Source of the DNA: Armatimonadota bacterium
Lineage (GTDB): Bacteria; Armatimonadota; SYMT01
Reading direction: 5' to 3'
Length of the DNA: 64,000 nucleotides
NCBI GenBank assembly: GCA_046292385.1
Contig: JBKBRF010000032.1
Location: forward strand, 16,913 to 80,912
Shown here: in pieces, positions 36,465-45,630 of the stretch
Layout: the number at the start of each line of letters is the position of its first letter
How positions within the stretch are numbered: the first letter of the stretch is position 1
The notes under the pieces: model-generated
The model's input: the letters and a program-made list of their open reading frames with translations, nothing else
What the model was told of the DNA's origin: nothing
Databases searched by the model: none
Position numbers and translations under genes: made by a program

Positions 36465-39071
36465 ATGGACCGCAGAGACTTCATCAAGGTCGGGATCGGC
36501 GCCCTGGCGACTCTCGAGGTGGGCGAGGTGATCCGCCTCTTTCCCGGAGCGATCGCGGAGGCCACCGCGCCGGCGCCGCGCGTGAAGCGGCGGCCGGGTG
36601 AGAAGGCGATCCCGAAGGTCCCGAATGACTACTCCCGCGCGCAGCGCGTGCCGAGCGTCTGCCTCAACTGCTCCACCGTCTGCGGGATCGTGGGGTACGT
36701 GATCGACGGGAAGCTGGTGAAGGTCGGCGGCAACCCGGAAGACCCGAACAACGGCAAGACGCTCTGCGCCAAGGGGCAGTCCGGACCCACCATCAACGAT
36801 TACCCCGAGCGGCTCCTCTACCCTCTCAAGCGCGTGGGGAAGCGCGGCGAGGGGCTCTGGCAGCGGATCACCTGGGACGAGGCGTACGAGGAGATCGCGC
36901 GGCGGGTCCGCAAGTGCCTCGACGAGGGGCACCCGGAGCAGGTGGCGATCCACTACGGCCGCTCCCGTATCAGCGACGTGGTGGAGCGCTTCCAGAACGC
37001 CATCGGCTCGCCCGTGATCCTGAACCACCGCGCGCTTTGCTCGCTCAACAAGCGCGCGGCCAACTACGCCTGCATCGGGGATACCGACTGGGAGACGGTC
37101 GACGCCGAGCACTCGAAGTACCTGCTGAACTTTGGCTCCAACTTCTACGAGGCGCACCAGGGCTCCATCCACTTCCTGCGCCGGGTCGTCCGCGGCCGCT
37201 TCGACAACGGCGCCAAGCTGGTGACGTTCGACGTCCGCCTCTCCAACACGGCCGGCCGCAGCGACGAGTGGCACGCCCCCTTCCCCGGCACCGAGGGGGC
37301 GGTCGCCCTCGCCATGGCCCACACGATGATGAAGGAGGGCGAGTACGACCGGGAGTGGATCACCAAGTGGACCAACGTCACCCCGGACGCGCTCTGGAAG
37401 TTCCTGGAGCAGTACCCGCCGGAGTGGGCGGCGAAGGTGAGCGGCATCCCGGCCAGGGAGATCCGCCGGATCGCCCTGGATTTCGCGCGGGCGCGGCCGC
37501 ACTGCGCGGCGTGGACCAACCGCGGCAGCCACGCGCACTACAACGGGTTCAACAACGACCGCGCGGTGGTGCTGCTCAACGCCCTCGCCGGCAACATCGG
37601 CAAGCGGGGAGGCTACTGCTACGGCGAGGCGGAGCGGGTCGACCCGGTCAAGTTCCCCCCACCGGCTCCCCTGCCCCCGCGCCCCAAGATCCGCACCGAC
37701 CTGGAAGATCCGCCGGAGTGGCCCATCGCCAACCTCTGGCAGAAGATGCGGGTCGGGCAGATCGTCTACGACTACATCCAGCAGCGGCGGGCGCTGGTGC
37801 AGGTCTACCTCTCCTACACCCTCGGCTCCCCGCTCACCTGGCCGGAAGGACGCAGCCTGGCGGTGGAGGTGCTGAAGGACGAGGAGCTGATCCCGTTCCA
37901 CGCCTGCTCGGACATCGTATACTCCGAGATGGCGCACTACGCGGACCTGATCCTGCCGGACGCCAGCTACATGGAGCGGTGGGGCCTCGACACCCGCAAC
38001 AACTACGAGCTGCGGCCCTACGTCACCCTGCGCCAGCCGATCGTTCCGCCGCCCGCGGAGTGCGTCCACTTCGCCGACGTCCTGATCGAGCTCGGCCGCC
38101 GGTGCGGCCCCGACGTGGCGAAGTACTTCCCGTTCAAGAGCCACGAGGAGTACGTGGCGCACCAGTGCCGCAACGTGCCGCCCGGCGACGCCGAGAGCGG
38201 CTTCGAATACATGAAGAAGCACGGCGTCTACATGGACGAGAGCCAGCCGAAGACCTACGAGCTCTACTCCCGCCCGTTGACGCCCGAGGAGCTGAAGGAG
38301 GCGACCGACGCGCGCACCGGGACGGACGAGCAGCTCCGCGACGTCTACTACCGCAAGAACGTAGCGAACGGGCAGATGGAAGCGGTCGGCGTGAAAGTCG
38401 ACGGGGAGGTCCGCCGCGGCTTCAAGACTCCCTCCCGCAAGTTCGAGGTCTGGAGCAAGCCGGTGGTTGAGCAGTCGAAGAAGGTCGGCATCGAGGACGA
38501 CGGCTGGCCGCACTACGTCCCGATCCCCGCGCACGAGGAGCTGCCGGAAGACCGGTTCATCTTCACCACCTTCAAGTGGAACGTCCACACGCAGGCGCGC
38601 ACCGCTCCGCAGAAGTACCTCTCGGAGATCGTCCACAGCAACCCGATGTGGATCAACACCCGGACCGCGCGGAAGCTGGGGATCAAGACCGGGGACTGGG
38701 TGGAGGTGACCACCTACCGCCCCAGGGGCAAGACCCACCGGGCCACCGGCGAGAAGCTCGGCAGCGTGCGCGTACAGGCGTTCGTGACGGAGGGCATCCA
38801 CCCGCGCGTGCTCGCCGTCAGCAACAGCCTCGGCTTCGAGCACGGCGGCCGCGCCGCCACCGCGGAGCGCGGTCCGCGTCCGGAAGGGCCCGGCTACGAC
38901 CCGGCCGTCCTCCCTGAAGACCCGGACCTGTCCGAGAATCTCTGGTGGGACCGCGACCACCGCGGCGTCGGCCCCGGCTTCAACGTGAACGCCGTCCTCC
39001 CGATCCAGCCCTCCCCCGTCACCGGCATGCAGGCCTGGTTCGACACCGTCTGCACGATCCGCAAGGTGTAG
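36465..39071 (+). CDS. Tat-exported molybdopterin oxidoreductase catalytic subunit (DMSO reductase family, PsrA/TtrA/ArrA-like)
   Basis: DRRDFIK Tat motif; CLNCSTVC..LCAKG Fe-S site; RLLYPLKR, ADLILPDASYMER, C-terminal molybdopterin-dinucleotide binding domain. Confidence 0.9.
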   Translation: MDRRDFIKVGIGALATLEVGEVIRLFPGAIAEATAPAPRVKRRPGEKAIPKVPNDYSRAQRVPSVCLNCSTVCGIVGYVIDGKLVKVGGNPEDPNNGKTLCAKGQSGPTINDYPERLLYPLKRVGKRGEGLWQRITWDEAYEEIARRVRKCLDEGHPEQVAIHYGRSRISDVVERFQNAIGSPVILNHRALCSLNKRAANYACIGDTDWETVDAEHSKYLLNFGSNFYEAHQGSIHFLRRVVRGRFDNGAKLVTFDVRLSNTAGRSDEWHAPFPGTEGAVALAMAHTMMKEGEYDREWITKWTNVTPDALWKFLEQYPPEWAAKVSGIPAREIRRIALDFARARPHCAAWTNRGSHAHYNGFNNDRAVVLLNALAGNIGKRGGYCYGEAERVDPVKFPPPAPLPPRPKIRTDLEDPPEWPIANLWQKMRVGQIVYDYIQQRRALVQVYLSYTLGSPLTWPEGRSLAVEVLKDEELIPFHACSDIVYSEMAHYADLILPDASYMERWGLDTRNNYELRPYVTLRQPIVPPPAECVHFADVLIELGRRCGPDVAKYFPFKSHEEYVAHQCRNVPPGDAESGFEYMKKHGVYMDESQPKTYELYSRPLTPEELKEATDARTGTDEQLRDVYYRKNVANGQMEAVGVKVDGEVRRGFKTPSRKFEVWSKPVVEQSKKVGIEDDGWPHYVPIPAHEELPEDRFIFTTFKWNVHTQARTAPQKYLSEIVHSNPMWINTRTARKLGIKTGDWVEVTTYRPRGKTHRATGEKLGSVRVQAFVTEGIHPRVLAVSNSLGFEHGGRAATAERGPRPEGPGYDPAVLPEDPDLSENLWWDRDHRGVGPGFNVNAVLPIQPSPVTGMQAWFDTVCTIRKV

Positions 39072-39168
39072 AGGAGGCCGGGGACACGCCGAGCGGGAGC
39101 GAGAGTCATCGCTATGACCCACAGGGTCACCCACCGCGATCAAGTGCGACGGCGGCTACGTCTCACGC

Positions 39169-39268
39169 GGCCTCACCCTCGGTCCCTCTCCTGAGAGGAG
39201 AGGGACCGAGGGTGGAGGTTTAGCCTACTCCCCCTTCCACTTTAGGGAAGGGGGTCGGGGGGTTAGGC
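39169..39268. repeat. REP-like double hairpin (possible terminator role)
   Basis: CCCTCGGTCCCTCTC..GAGAGGGACCGAGGG and CCCCCTTCC..GGAAGGGGG..GGGGGGTTAGG. Confidence 0.6.
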
Positions 39269-39406
39269 CGCGCCGGAGCGCTAACCTGTCGTCCTATGTC
39301 CCCGAGGGGCTGGTTGCGATGCAGCGACCTCCGAGTGGCGCACCCGCCCCACACAGACCTGAACCCTAGACCCTAACCCCAAGACCCTAACCCTGGGTCC
39401 GCCCGC

Positions 39407-39436
39407 TTGACACTCCCCTCCAGCCGGGATGAAAAT
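39407..39436 (+). promoter_or_regulatory. Putative sigma70 promoter of ileS
   Basis: TTGACA (39407-39412), 18 bp, GAAAAT (39431-39436). Confidence 0.45.
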
Positions 39437-39625
39437 AAGAGGCTTGTCAATCCCGGCAAGCGCGACCCTGGAGGGCCGACTGATGGGGATCTGAGAGCTT
39501 CAACCGAACCCGTTTCCTGCCCGGAGCCTGCCCCCGGCAACCCCCCTCGCCCGCAGGACCCGGCGTCCGCGGCGTTGCCCGCTCCACCTGGCACCTCTAC
39601 TCCTACCCTGATGCCGGCAAAGCCC

Positions 39626-42433
39626 ATGAACTACCGCGAGACCCTGAACCTGCCCAAAGACACGCTGAACATCCGCGCGAACCTGCCGCAGCGTGAGCCC
39701 GAGCTCCAGCGCTTCTGGGACGAGACCCAGATCTACCGCAAGTCGGTGGAGCGTGAGGCGCCGAAAGGCACGTTCATCCTCCATGACGGACCACCGTACT
39801 CCAACGGCGACATCCACATGGGCCACGCCATCAACAAGATTCTGAAGGACGTCATCACCCGGCACCGCACGATGCAGGGCTACTATTCGCCCTACGTGCC
39901 CGGGTGGGACAACCACGGCATGCCGATCGAGTACGCCGTCTCGCAGGCCGCGCGGGAGAAGGGCGAGACGCCCAGCCGCGTGGAGCTGCGGCGCCGCTGC
40001 CGCGAGTATGCCGCGGGGTGGATCGATATCCAGCGGGAGCAGTTCAAGCGCCTGGGCGTGCGCGGCGACTGGGAGAATCCGTACCTCACGATGTCGCACG
40101 AGTTCGAGGCGCGCATCGTGGAGGTCTTCGCGCAGCTCGCGCTCGAGGGCTACGTCTACCGCGGTCTGAAGCCGATCCTCTGGTGCCCGTACGACGAGAC
40201 GGCGCTGGCGGAGGCGGAGGTGGAGTACGACGAGAAGACCTCGCCCTCCATCTACGTGCGCTTCCCGCTGCTGCAGGACCCGAACCAGCTGCTCCCCGCC
40301 GGGGCGCAGAGTTACACGATCATCTGGACCACCACGCCGTGGACCATCCCCGCGAACCTGGCGGTGGCGTTCCATCCGGAGCTGGAGTACGTCGTCGCTC
40401 GCGTCGGGGACGCCCAGTACTTGGTGGCGCAGGGGCTGCTCGAGTCGACGATGGAATCGGTGGGTGTGGGCGACTACGAGATCGTGGCGCGCTACCCGGG
40501 GCGGGACCTGCAGGGCATGCAGTTCCGGCACCCGCTCCACGCGCTCGACCCGGTCTTCGACCGCCCGGCGCCGGTGGTGCTGGCCGACTACGTCACGCTC
40601 GACGCCGGGACCGGCGTGGTGCATACCGCCCCGGGCCACGGCGAAGAGGACTTCGCCACCGGCCGGAAGTACGGGCTGGAGATCCTCTCTCCCGTCGACG
40701 CGCAGGGCCGCTACACGGCGGAAGCCGGACCGTTCCAGGGCAAGGCGATCCGCCCCGGCGAGGCCGACGCGGCGGTGCTGACGGCGCTGCACGAGAGCGG
40801 CAACCTGCTCAAGCGGGCGCCCTACAAGCACAACTACCCGCACTGCTGGCGCTGTCACGGACCGCTGATCTTCCGGACGACGGTGCAGTGGTTCATGGCG
40901 ATCGACCACCAGCTCCAAGGCGGCAAGACGCTGCGCGACCGGATGCTCCAGCAGATCGGTCAGGTGAGCTGGGTTCCGGCGGAGAGCGTGAACCGTATCC
41001 AGGCGATGGCGGGCGGTCGGCCGGACTGGTGCCTCTCCCGGCAGCGCGCCTGGGGGGTCGGCATCCCGGTCTTCTACTGTGACGCCTGTACCGAGCCGAT
41101 CCTGTCGCGGGAAAGCCTCGACGCGGCGATCAAGCTGGTGCGAGAGCAGAGCGCGGACGCCTGGTTCAGCGAGCCGGCGGAGAAGATCCTGCCGGAGGGC
41201 TTCCGCTGCCCGCACTGCCAGTCGGCGGGCCCGTTCAGCAAGGAGACCGACGTCCTCGACGTCTGGTTCGACTCCGGCTCCACCTGGTCGGCGGTCCTGG
41301 AAGCGCGGCCGGAGCTGCGGTTCCCCGCCGAGCTGTACGTGGAGGGGTCGGACCAGCACCGCGGGTGGTTCAACAGCTCGCTCACCATCGCCACGGCGGC
41401 CCGCGGCACCGCTCCTTACAAGGGAGTGGTGACGCACGGCTTCGTGCTGGACCCGAACGGGCAGAAGATGTCCAAGAGCCTGGGGAACGTCGTCTCGCCG
41501 CTGGACGAGATGCAGACCTCCGGCGCGGATATCCTGCGCCTCTGGGTGGCGAGCGTCGACTACTTCGACGACGTTCGCATCGGTAAGGAGATCCTGGACC
41601 ACGTCCGGAGCGTCTTCCTGCGGATCCGGAACACCCTGCGGTTCCTCGTGGGCAACCTGTCCGACTTCGACCCGTCCCGCGACTGGGTGGAAGAGGCAGA
41701 CCGCGAAGAACTGGACCGCTGGGCGCTCCACCGGCTCCACCAGGTGCTCGCGGAGTGCAACGACGCGTACGAGCGGTACGTCTACCACGACGTCTTCCAC
41801 CAGGTGCAGAACTTCTGCTCCGTCGACCTGGGAGGCTTCTACCTGGACGTGCTGAAGGACCGGCTCTACTGCTCGCCGGCGGACAGCCAACTGCGGCGCA
41901 GCGCGCAGAGTACGCTCTACCAGATCGCGGACCACCTGGTGCGGCTCCTCGCGCCGATCATGGTCCACGTCTCGGAAGAGGTGTGGCAGGTGCTGCCGGG
42001 AGCGAGGGAGCGGCACGAGAGCGTGCACCTGGCCCGCTTCCCGGACGCGCACGGCCTCTGGCGGGACGACGCGCTCGGTGCCCGCTGGGCGCGCCTGCGC
42101 GAGGTGCGGTCCCGCGTGAATGCCGCCATCGAGCCGCTCAAGCCGAAGCAAAAGAACGATCCGAACTTCGTGCTGAAGAGCAGCCTGGAGGCGGTCGTTA
42201 CGCTCACCGCCGGTCCGGACTGGCAGGAGCTGCTCCAGCAGTACGCGGCGGAGCTTCCGACGGTGCTGATGGTGCCGGTCGTGCACCTGGAGAGCCGGGA
42301 CGAAGCCGGCCTCGACGTGCGCGTGGACAAGGCACCCGGTCCGCGGTGCGAGCGCTGCTGGCTGGTCTTTCCCAGCGTCGGCTCCGTGCCGGAGCATCCG
42401 GACCTCTGCCAGCGCTGCGCGGAGGCGATCTGA
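39626..42433 (+). CDS. ileS: Isoleucine-tRNA ligase (type 1); alternative ATG at 39611
   Basis: YRETLNLP, LHDGPPYSNG.IHMGH, WTTTPWT, GTGVVHTAPGHG, WCLSRQR, KMSKS, C-terminal CERCW..CQRC zinc finger. Confidence 0.98.
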   Translation: MNYRETLNLPKDTLNIRANLPQREPELQRFWDETQIYRKSVEREAPKGTFILHDGPPYSNGDIHMGHAINKILKDVITRHRTMQGYYSPYVPGWDNHGMPIEYAVSQAAREKGETPSRVELRRRCREYAAGWIDIQREQFKRLGVRGDWENPYLTMSHEFEARIVEVFAQLALEGYVYRGLKPILWCPYDETALAEAEVEYDEKTSPSIYVRFPLLQDPNQLLPAGAQSYTIIWTTTPWTIPANLAVAFHPELEYVVARVGDAQYLVAQGLLESTMESVGVGDYEIVARYPGRDLQGMQFRHPLHALDPVFDRPAPVVLADYVTLDAGTGVVHTAPGHGEEDFATGRKYGLEILSPVDAQGRYTAEAGPFQGKAIRPGEADAAVLTALHESGNLLKRAPYKHNYPHCWRCHGPLIFRTTVQWFMAIDHQLQGGKTLRDRMLQQIGQVSWVPAESVNRIQAMAGGRPDWCLSRQRAWGVGIPVFYCDACTEPILSRESLDAAIKLVREQSADAWFSEPAEKILPEGFRCPHCQSAGPFSKETDVLDVWFDSGSTWSAVLEARPELRFPAELYVEGSDQHRGWFNSSLTIATAARGTAPYKGVVTHGFVLDPNGQKMSKSLGNVVSPLDEMQTSGADILRLWVASVDYFDDVRIGKEILDHVRSVFLRIRNTLRFLVGNLSDFDPSRDWVEEADREELDRWALHRLHQVLAECNDAYERYVYHDVFHQVQNFCSVDLGGFYLDVLKDRLYCSPADSQLRRSAQSTLYQIADHLVRLLAPIMVHVSEEVWQVLPGARERHESVHLARFPDAHGLWRDDALGARWARLREVRSRVNAAIEPLKPKQKNDPNFVLKSSLEAVVTLTAGPDWQELLQQYAAELPTVLMVPVVHLESRDEAGLDVRVDKAPGPRCERCWLVFPSVGSVPEHPDLCQRCAEAI

Positions 42434-42441
42434 TCCCGGTG

Positions 42442-42515
42442 TTAGCAGGTAGCAGGTTGTCAGGTTGTCAGGTTAGGCCACCCGCATACGGGAGCTAACC
42501 TGCAACCTGCTACCT
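42442..42515. repeat. Inverted clusters of CAGGTTG/CAACCTG-type short repeats
   Basis: tagcaggtagcaggttgtcaggttgtcaggttag ... ctaacctgcaacctgctacct; sister element 43278-43370. Confidence 0.65.
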
Positions 42516-42868
42516 CACGGATCCGTGTCGGGGTCCGGGAGTCGCCAGCGAGCAAGAGTAAGAGCAGGAGCAGGACCTCCCGTGCACGGGGGGCCCACTT
42601 TAGCCTTCTGCCTTTAGCCTTTTGCCTTTAAAGGCCTTCTGCCTTTGCGATCCCACTCTCCGCTCTTCCCCTCGCGAGGCGCGGCGCGTAGCGCTGTGTC
42701 CCTGCGGGTATACAGAAACCGGAAGCGGGCAGGCGGAGCTTGCACTGCTTTCCCGGCGGCCCGGTGGCAGGAGACGGGGAGCGCTGACCGTGGTCGCGCC
42801 CCCGTCTCTGTTTACGCCGCCCGGAAAGGCGACCGGACCTGTGAACGGACGTAAAGGGGGAGGAAGAG

Positions 42869-43267
42869 ATGCCAGCGATGCCTGCGAATGCGAGGACCGA
42901 CCTGGACCTGGGGAAGTTCCGCCGCCAGCTCGAAGAGGAGCGGAAGCGCCTGGTGTATGAAGTCGAGTCGCTCGACGAGAACGTGGAGCACCAGCACGGG
43001 CAGTTTGAGGGCGCCGAGCTTTCTCACTACGACCAGCACCAGGCCGACGCCGGGACGGAGACGTTCCTGGAGGAGCGAGACCTCTCCATGGAAGCGAACG
43101 CCCGGACCCTGCTGGAGAGCGTCGACAACGCGATGGCCCGCCTGGAGAAGGGCACCTTCGGGCTCTGCTCCCGCTGCGAGAAGCCGATCGCGGCCGAGCG
43201 CCTGGAAGCGCTCCCCTGGACGCCCTACTGCATCGAGTGCGCCTCCGACGTGGAGATGCGCATCTAA
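42869..43267 (+). CDS. TraR/DksA C4-type zinc finger protein
   Basis: DQHQADAGTETF coiled-coil tip; GTFGLCSRCEKPIAAERLEALPWTPYCIEC. Confidence 0.92.
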   Translation: MPAMPANARTDLDLGKFRRQLEEERKRLVYEVESLDENVEHQHGQFEGAELSHYDQHQADAGTETFLEERDLSMEANARTLLESVDNAMARLEKGTFGLCSRCEKPIAAERLEALPWTPYCIECASDVEMRI

Positions 43268-43277
43268 ACCTTTCGGG

Positions 43278-43370
43278 TTAGCAGGTCGGCAGGTTTACAG
43301 ATTGCAGGTTTCCGGCCCACCGCGCGCCCGGACTAACTTGCAACCTGAAACTTGCCAACCTGCAACTGCT
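43278..43370. repeat. Inverted clusters of CAGGT/ACCTG-type short repeats between convergent genes
   Basis: tagcaggtcggcaggtttacagattgcaggttt ... cttgcaacctgaaacttgccaacctgcaactgcta. Confidence 0.6.
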
Positions 43371-43944
43371 ATTTGACCCGGCAGGCGGGGCAGACATCGG
43401 CGGCGCTGCGGTGGGCGGCTCCACAGGTGGTGCAGGCCTTGGCGCCGTGTTCCAGGTGCCACTGGCGGATCTGAGCCTCGCGGGTAAGGGCGCGGCGGAT
43501 CGCCTGGGCCAGTTCCGGGTCTTCCGTGTCTTCCGCGGCGGCGCGGATGCGGGCGTTCTCCGTTTCCGAGAGCTGGATACGCCGGACCTCTTCCGTCGGA
43601 GGCCGCATCGTCGCGTGCGGGTCGGCGACACCTCGGACGGCTCCGACCACGAACCGCAGGTCCTTCACCAGCTCCTTCCCGAGCCGCTCTCGCAGCTTGC
43701 GCAGGATGAAGCTCTTCTGGAACGCGAACTCCTGGCTCCAGGCGCTGTTTCGGACGGTGACCACCAGCGCGCCTCCCTGGATCTTGCGCGCCTCGCTCGC
43801 CTTCGCCATCTGCTCGCCGACGATCTCCGGCCAGAGCATCAGCGCCTTTGCTTCGAGCGCGGCGTCTTCCAGCTCCAGGCGCCGGAGGGTGCCGGAGAGC
43901 ACCTCCGCCAGCGGGTTCATTCCCGATCGTCCGGATCGGCGCAT
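43369..43944 (-). CDS. DUF721/DciA-family protein with C-terminal zinc ribbon
   Basis: WPEIVG..MA..S..R.I..G.LVV.V.NSAWSQEF..K..IL.KL..V.DLRF; CTTC..CPAC. Confidence 0.85.
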   Translation of the reverse strand: MRRSGRSGMNPLAEVLSGTLRRLELEDAALEAKALMLWPEIVGEQMAKASEARKIQGGALVVTVRNSAWSQEFAFQKSFILRKLRERLGKELVKDLRFVVGAVRGVADPHATMRPPTEEVRRIQLSETENARIRAAAEDTEDPELAQAIRRALTREAQIRQWHLEHGAKACTTCGAAHRSAADVCPACRVK

Positions 43945-44087
43945 CCACTCACCTCTACCTGGTCTCACTGCGATACACAGAGTCTACCGCGAGGCGGAGG
44001 TAGGCGGTCGCAAACGGTCGTAGCTATTCGGAGGCGAGCGGCGGCTCGCCGAATCACCGTCCGGACCGCCACTTCCGGTTTCCCTCC

Positions 44088-45623
44088 ATGCTACCGTTCG
44101 AGTCTCCGTTCGACGCTCCTCATCCCGGCGCGGCCCTGGTCGCAGCGGCGTTCTTCCTGACCGCCGGCGTGCTGGCGCGCGCCCTGCCGAAGGAGCGGCG
44201 CAGCATCCTGGCGGCCTCCGGGCTCTTCGTGGTGTCGCTGGTGGTGGGGCTCTCCGCCGGCGCACTTCACGCGCTGGGCCACCCGGGGGCTGCGCAGGCC
44301 CTGCTGAACGCCGGCATCCTGCTGGAGGGCCTCTGCGGGATCCTGCTGGTCGGGATGGCGGTGTTTCGCGTCGCGCTCCCGTCGCTGGGAGTCCAGCAGC
44401 CGCGCATTCTGCAGGACGTGGTGGTCACGGTCGCCAGCATGGTGTGGGGTCTCACCTGGCTCCGCTTGCACGGGGTCGATCTTACCTCCCTGCTCGCCAC
44501 GTCGGCGGTCCTCACGGCGGTGATCGGCTTTGCGATGCAGGACACGCTCGGCAACATCCTGGGCGGAATGGCGGTGCAGCTCGACCAGTCGGTCCGGGTC
44601 GGCGACTGGGTGCGGATCGGCGACGTGGAAGGGCGAGTGGTCGAGATCCACTGGCGGCAGACCGCGCTGGAGACGCGCGATTGGGAGACGGTGATCATCC
44701 CGAACAGCGTGCTCTCCAAGAACCAGTTCAAGATCCTCGGGCGGCGCCAGGGAGAGCCGGTCCAGCTTCGCCGGACCGTGCGCTTCTTCGTCGACTACCG
44801 GCAGTCGCCGACTCAGGTGATCGAGGTGGTGACCCAGACCCTCCGGGCTGCCAGAATCCCGGGGGTAGCGCTGGAGCCGCAGCCGGACTGCGTCCTGACG
44901 GAGATCGTGCAGAGCGAGGCAGGCTTCGCGGTACGCTACTGGCTCACAAACCTCGCGGTCGACGAACCGACCGACTCGGAAGTCCGCATCCGGATCTGGA
45001 CCGCGCTCGATCGCGCCGGGATACCCCTTTCGATCCCGGCGCAGGCGGTCTTTCTTACGCAGGAGACCAGCGCGCGCAAGAGCCGCAAGGCCGCGGCCGC
45101 CCTCGACGAGCGCGCGGCGGCGCTGCAGTCGGTCGATCTCTTCCGCGCGCTCCAGCCGGACGAGCTAATCCGGCTCGCCGAGGGACTGGAGCGCGCGCCC
45201 TTCGCCGCGGGCGAGCGGTTGATGCGCCAGGGTGAGGAGGCGGACTGCCTGTACCTGATCCTGTCGGGCCAGGTGGAGGTGCTGGTGGAGGACGGCAGCG
45301 GTCACTCCACGCCGGTGGCAGAGCTCGGCCCCGGAAGCTTCCTGGGAGAGATGGGGCTGATCACCGGCGAGCCCCGGAGCGCCACCGCCCTCGCGCTGAC
45401 GCGCGTCTCCGCGCTGCGGCTCGGCCACCGCGCTTTCGAGGAGCTGCTGCAGTCTCGACCGGAAGTCGCAGAGGAGGTGGCGACGGCGCTCGCAGTGCGG
45501 AAGGTCGGGCTCGCCGAGGCGCGCGAGCAGCTGAGCCGCGAAGCGCGCCGCCGGGCGGTCGAGAGCACGCGCGGGGATCTGCTCCGCAGCATGCGCGCCT
45601 TCTTCAACCTGGACCGGCCGTAG
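44088..45623 (+). CDS. MscS-family mechanosensitive channel with C-terminal cNMP-binding domain
   Basis: AVIGFAMQDTLGNILGG, VRVGDWV, IIPNS; C-term RQGEEADCLYLI.SG.V..GEMGLITGEPRSATA. Confidence 0.93.
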   Translation: MLPFESPFDAPHPGAALVAAAFFLTAGVLARALPKERRSILAASGLFVVSLVVGLSAGALHALGHPGAAQALLNAGILLEGLCGILLVGMAVFRVALPSLGVQQPRILQDVVVTVASMVWGLTWLRLHGVDLTSLLATSAVLTAVIGFAMQDTLGNILGGMAVQLDQSVRVGDWVRIGDVEGRVVEIHWRQTALETRDWETVIIPNSVLSKNQFKILGRRQGEPVQLRRTVRFFVDYRQSPTQVIEVVTQTLRAARIPGVALEPQPDCVLTEIVQSEAGFAVRYWLTNLAVDEPTDSEVRIRIWTALDRAGIPLSIPAQAVFLTQETSARKSRKAAAALDERAAALQSVDLFRALQPDELIRLAEGLERAPFAAGERLMRQGEEADCLYLILSGQVEVLVEDGSGHSTPVAELGPGSFLGEMGLITGEPRSATALALTRVSALRLGHRAFEELLQSRPEVAEEVATALAVRKVGLAEAREQLSREARRRAVESTRGDLLRSMRAFFNLDRP

Positions 45624-45630
45624 CCGCGGG

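Noticed and set aside
36465..39071. Assigning arrA, psrA or ttrA, or a selenocysteine
   Set aside because: Motifs do not discriminate without phylogeny; the ORF has no in-frame TGA
39407..39625. ORF-track N-terminal extension of IleRS (likewise for dnaE, uvrA, gabD, GH29, ABC ATPase)
   Set aside because: Extensions are low-complexity and overlap promoters, repeats or neighbouring genes; conserved N-termini begin at the downstream starts
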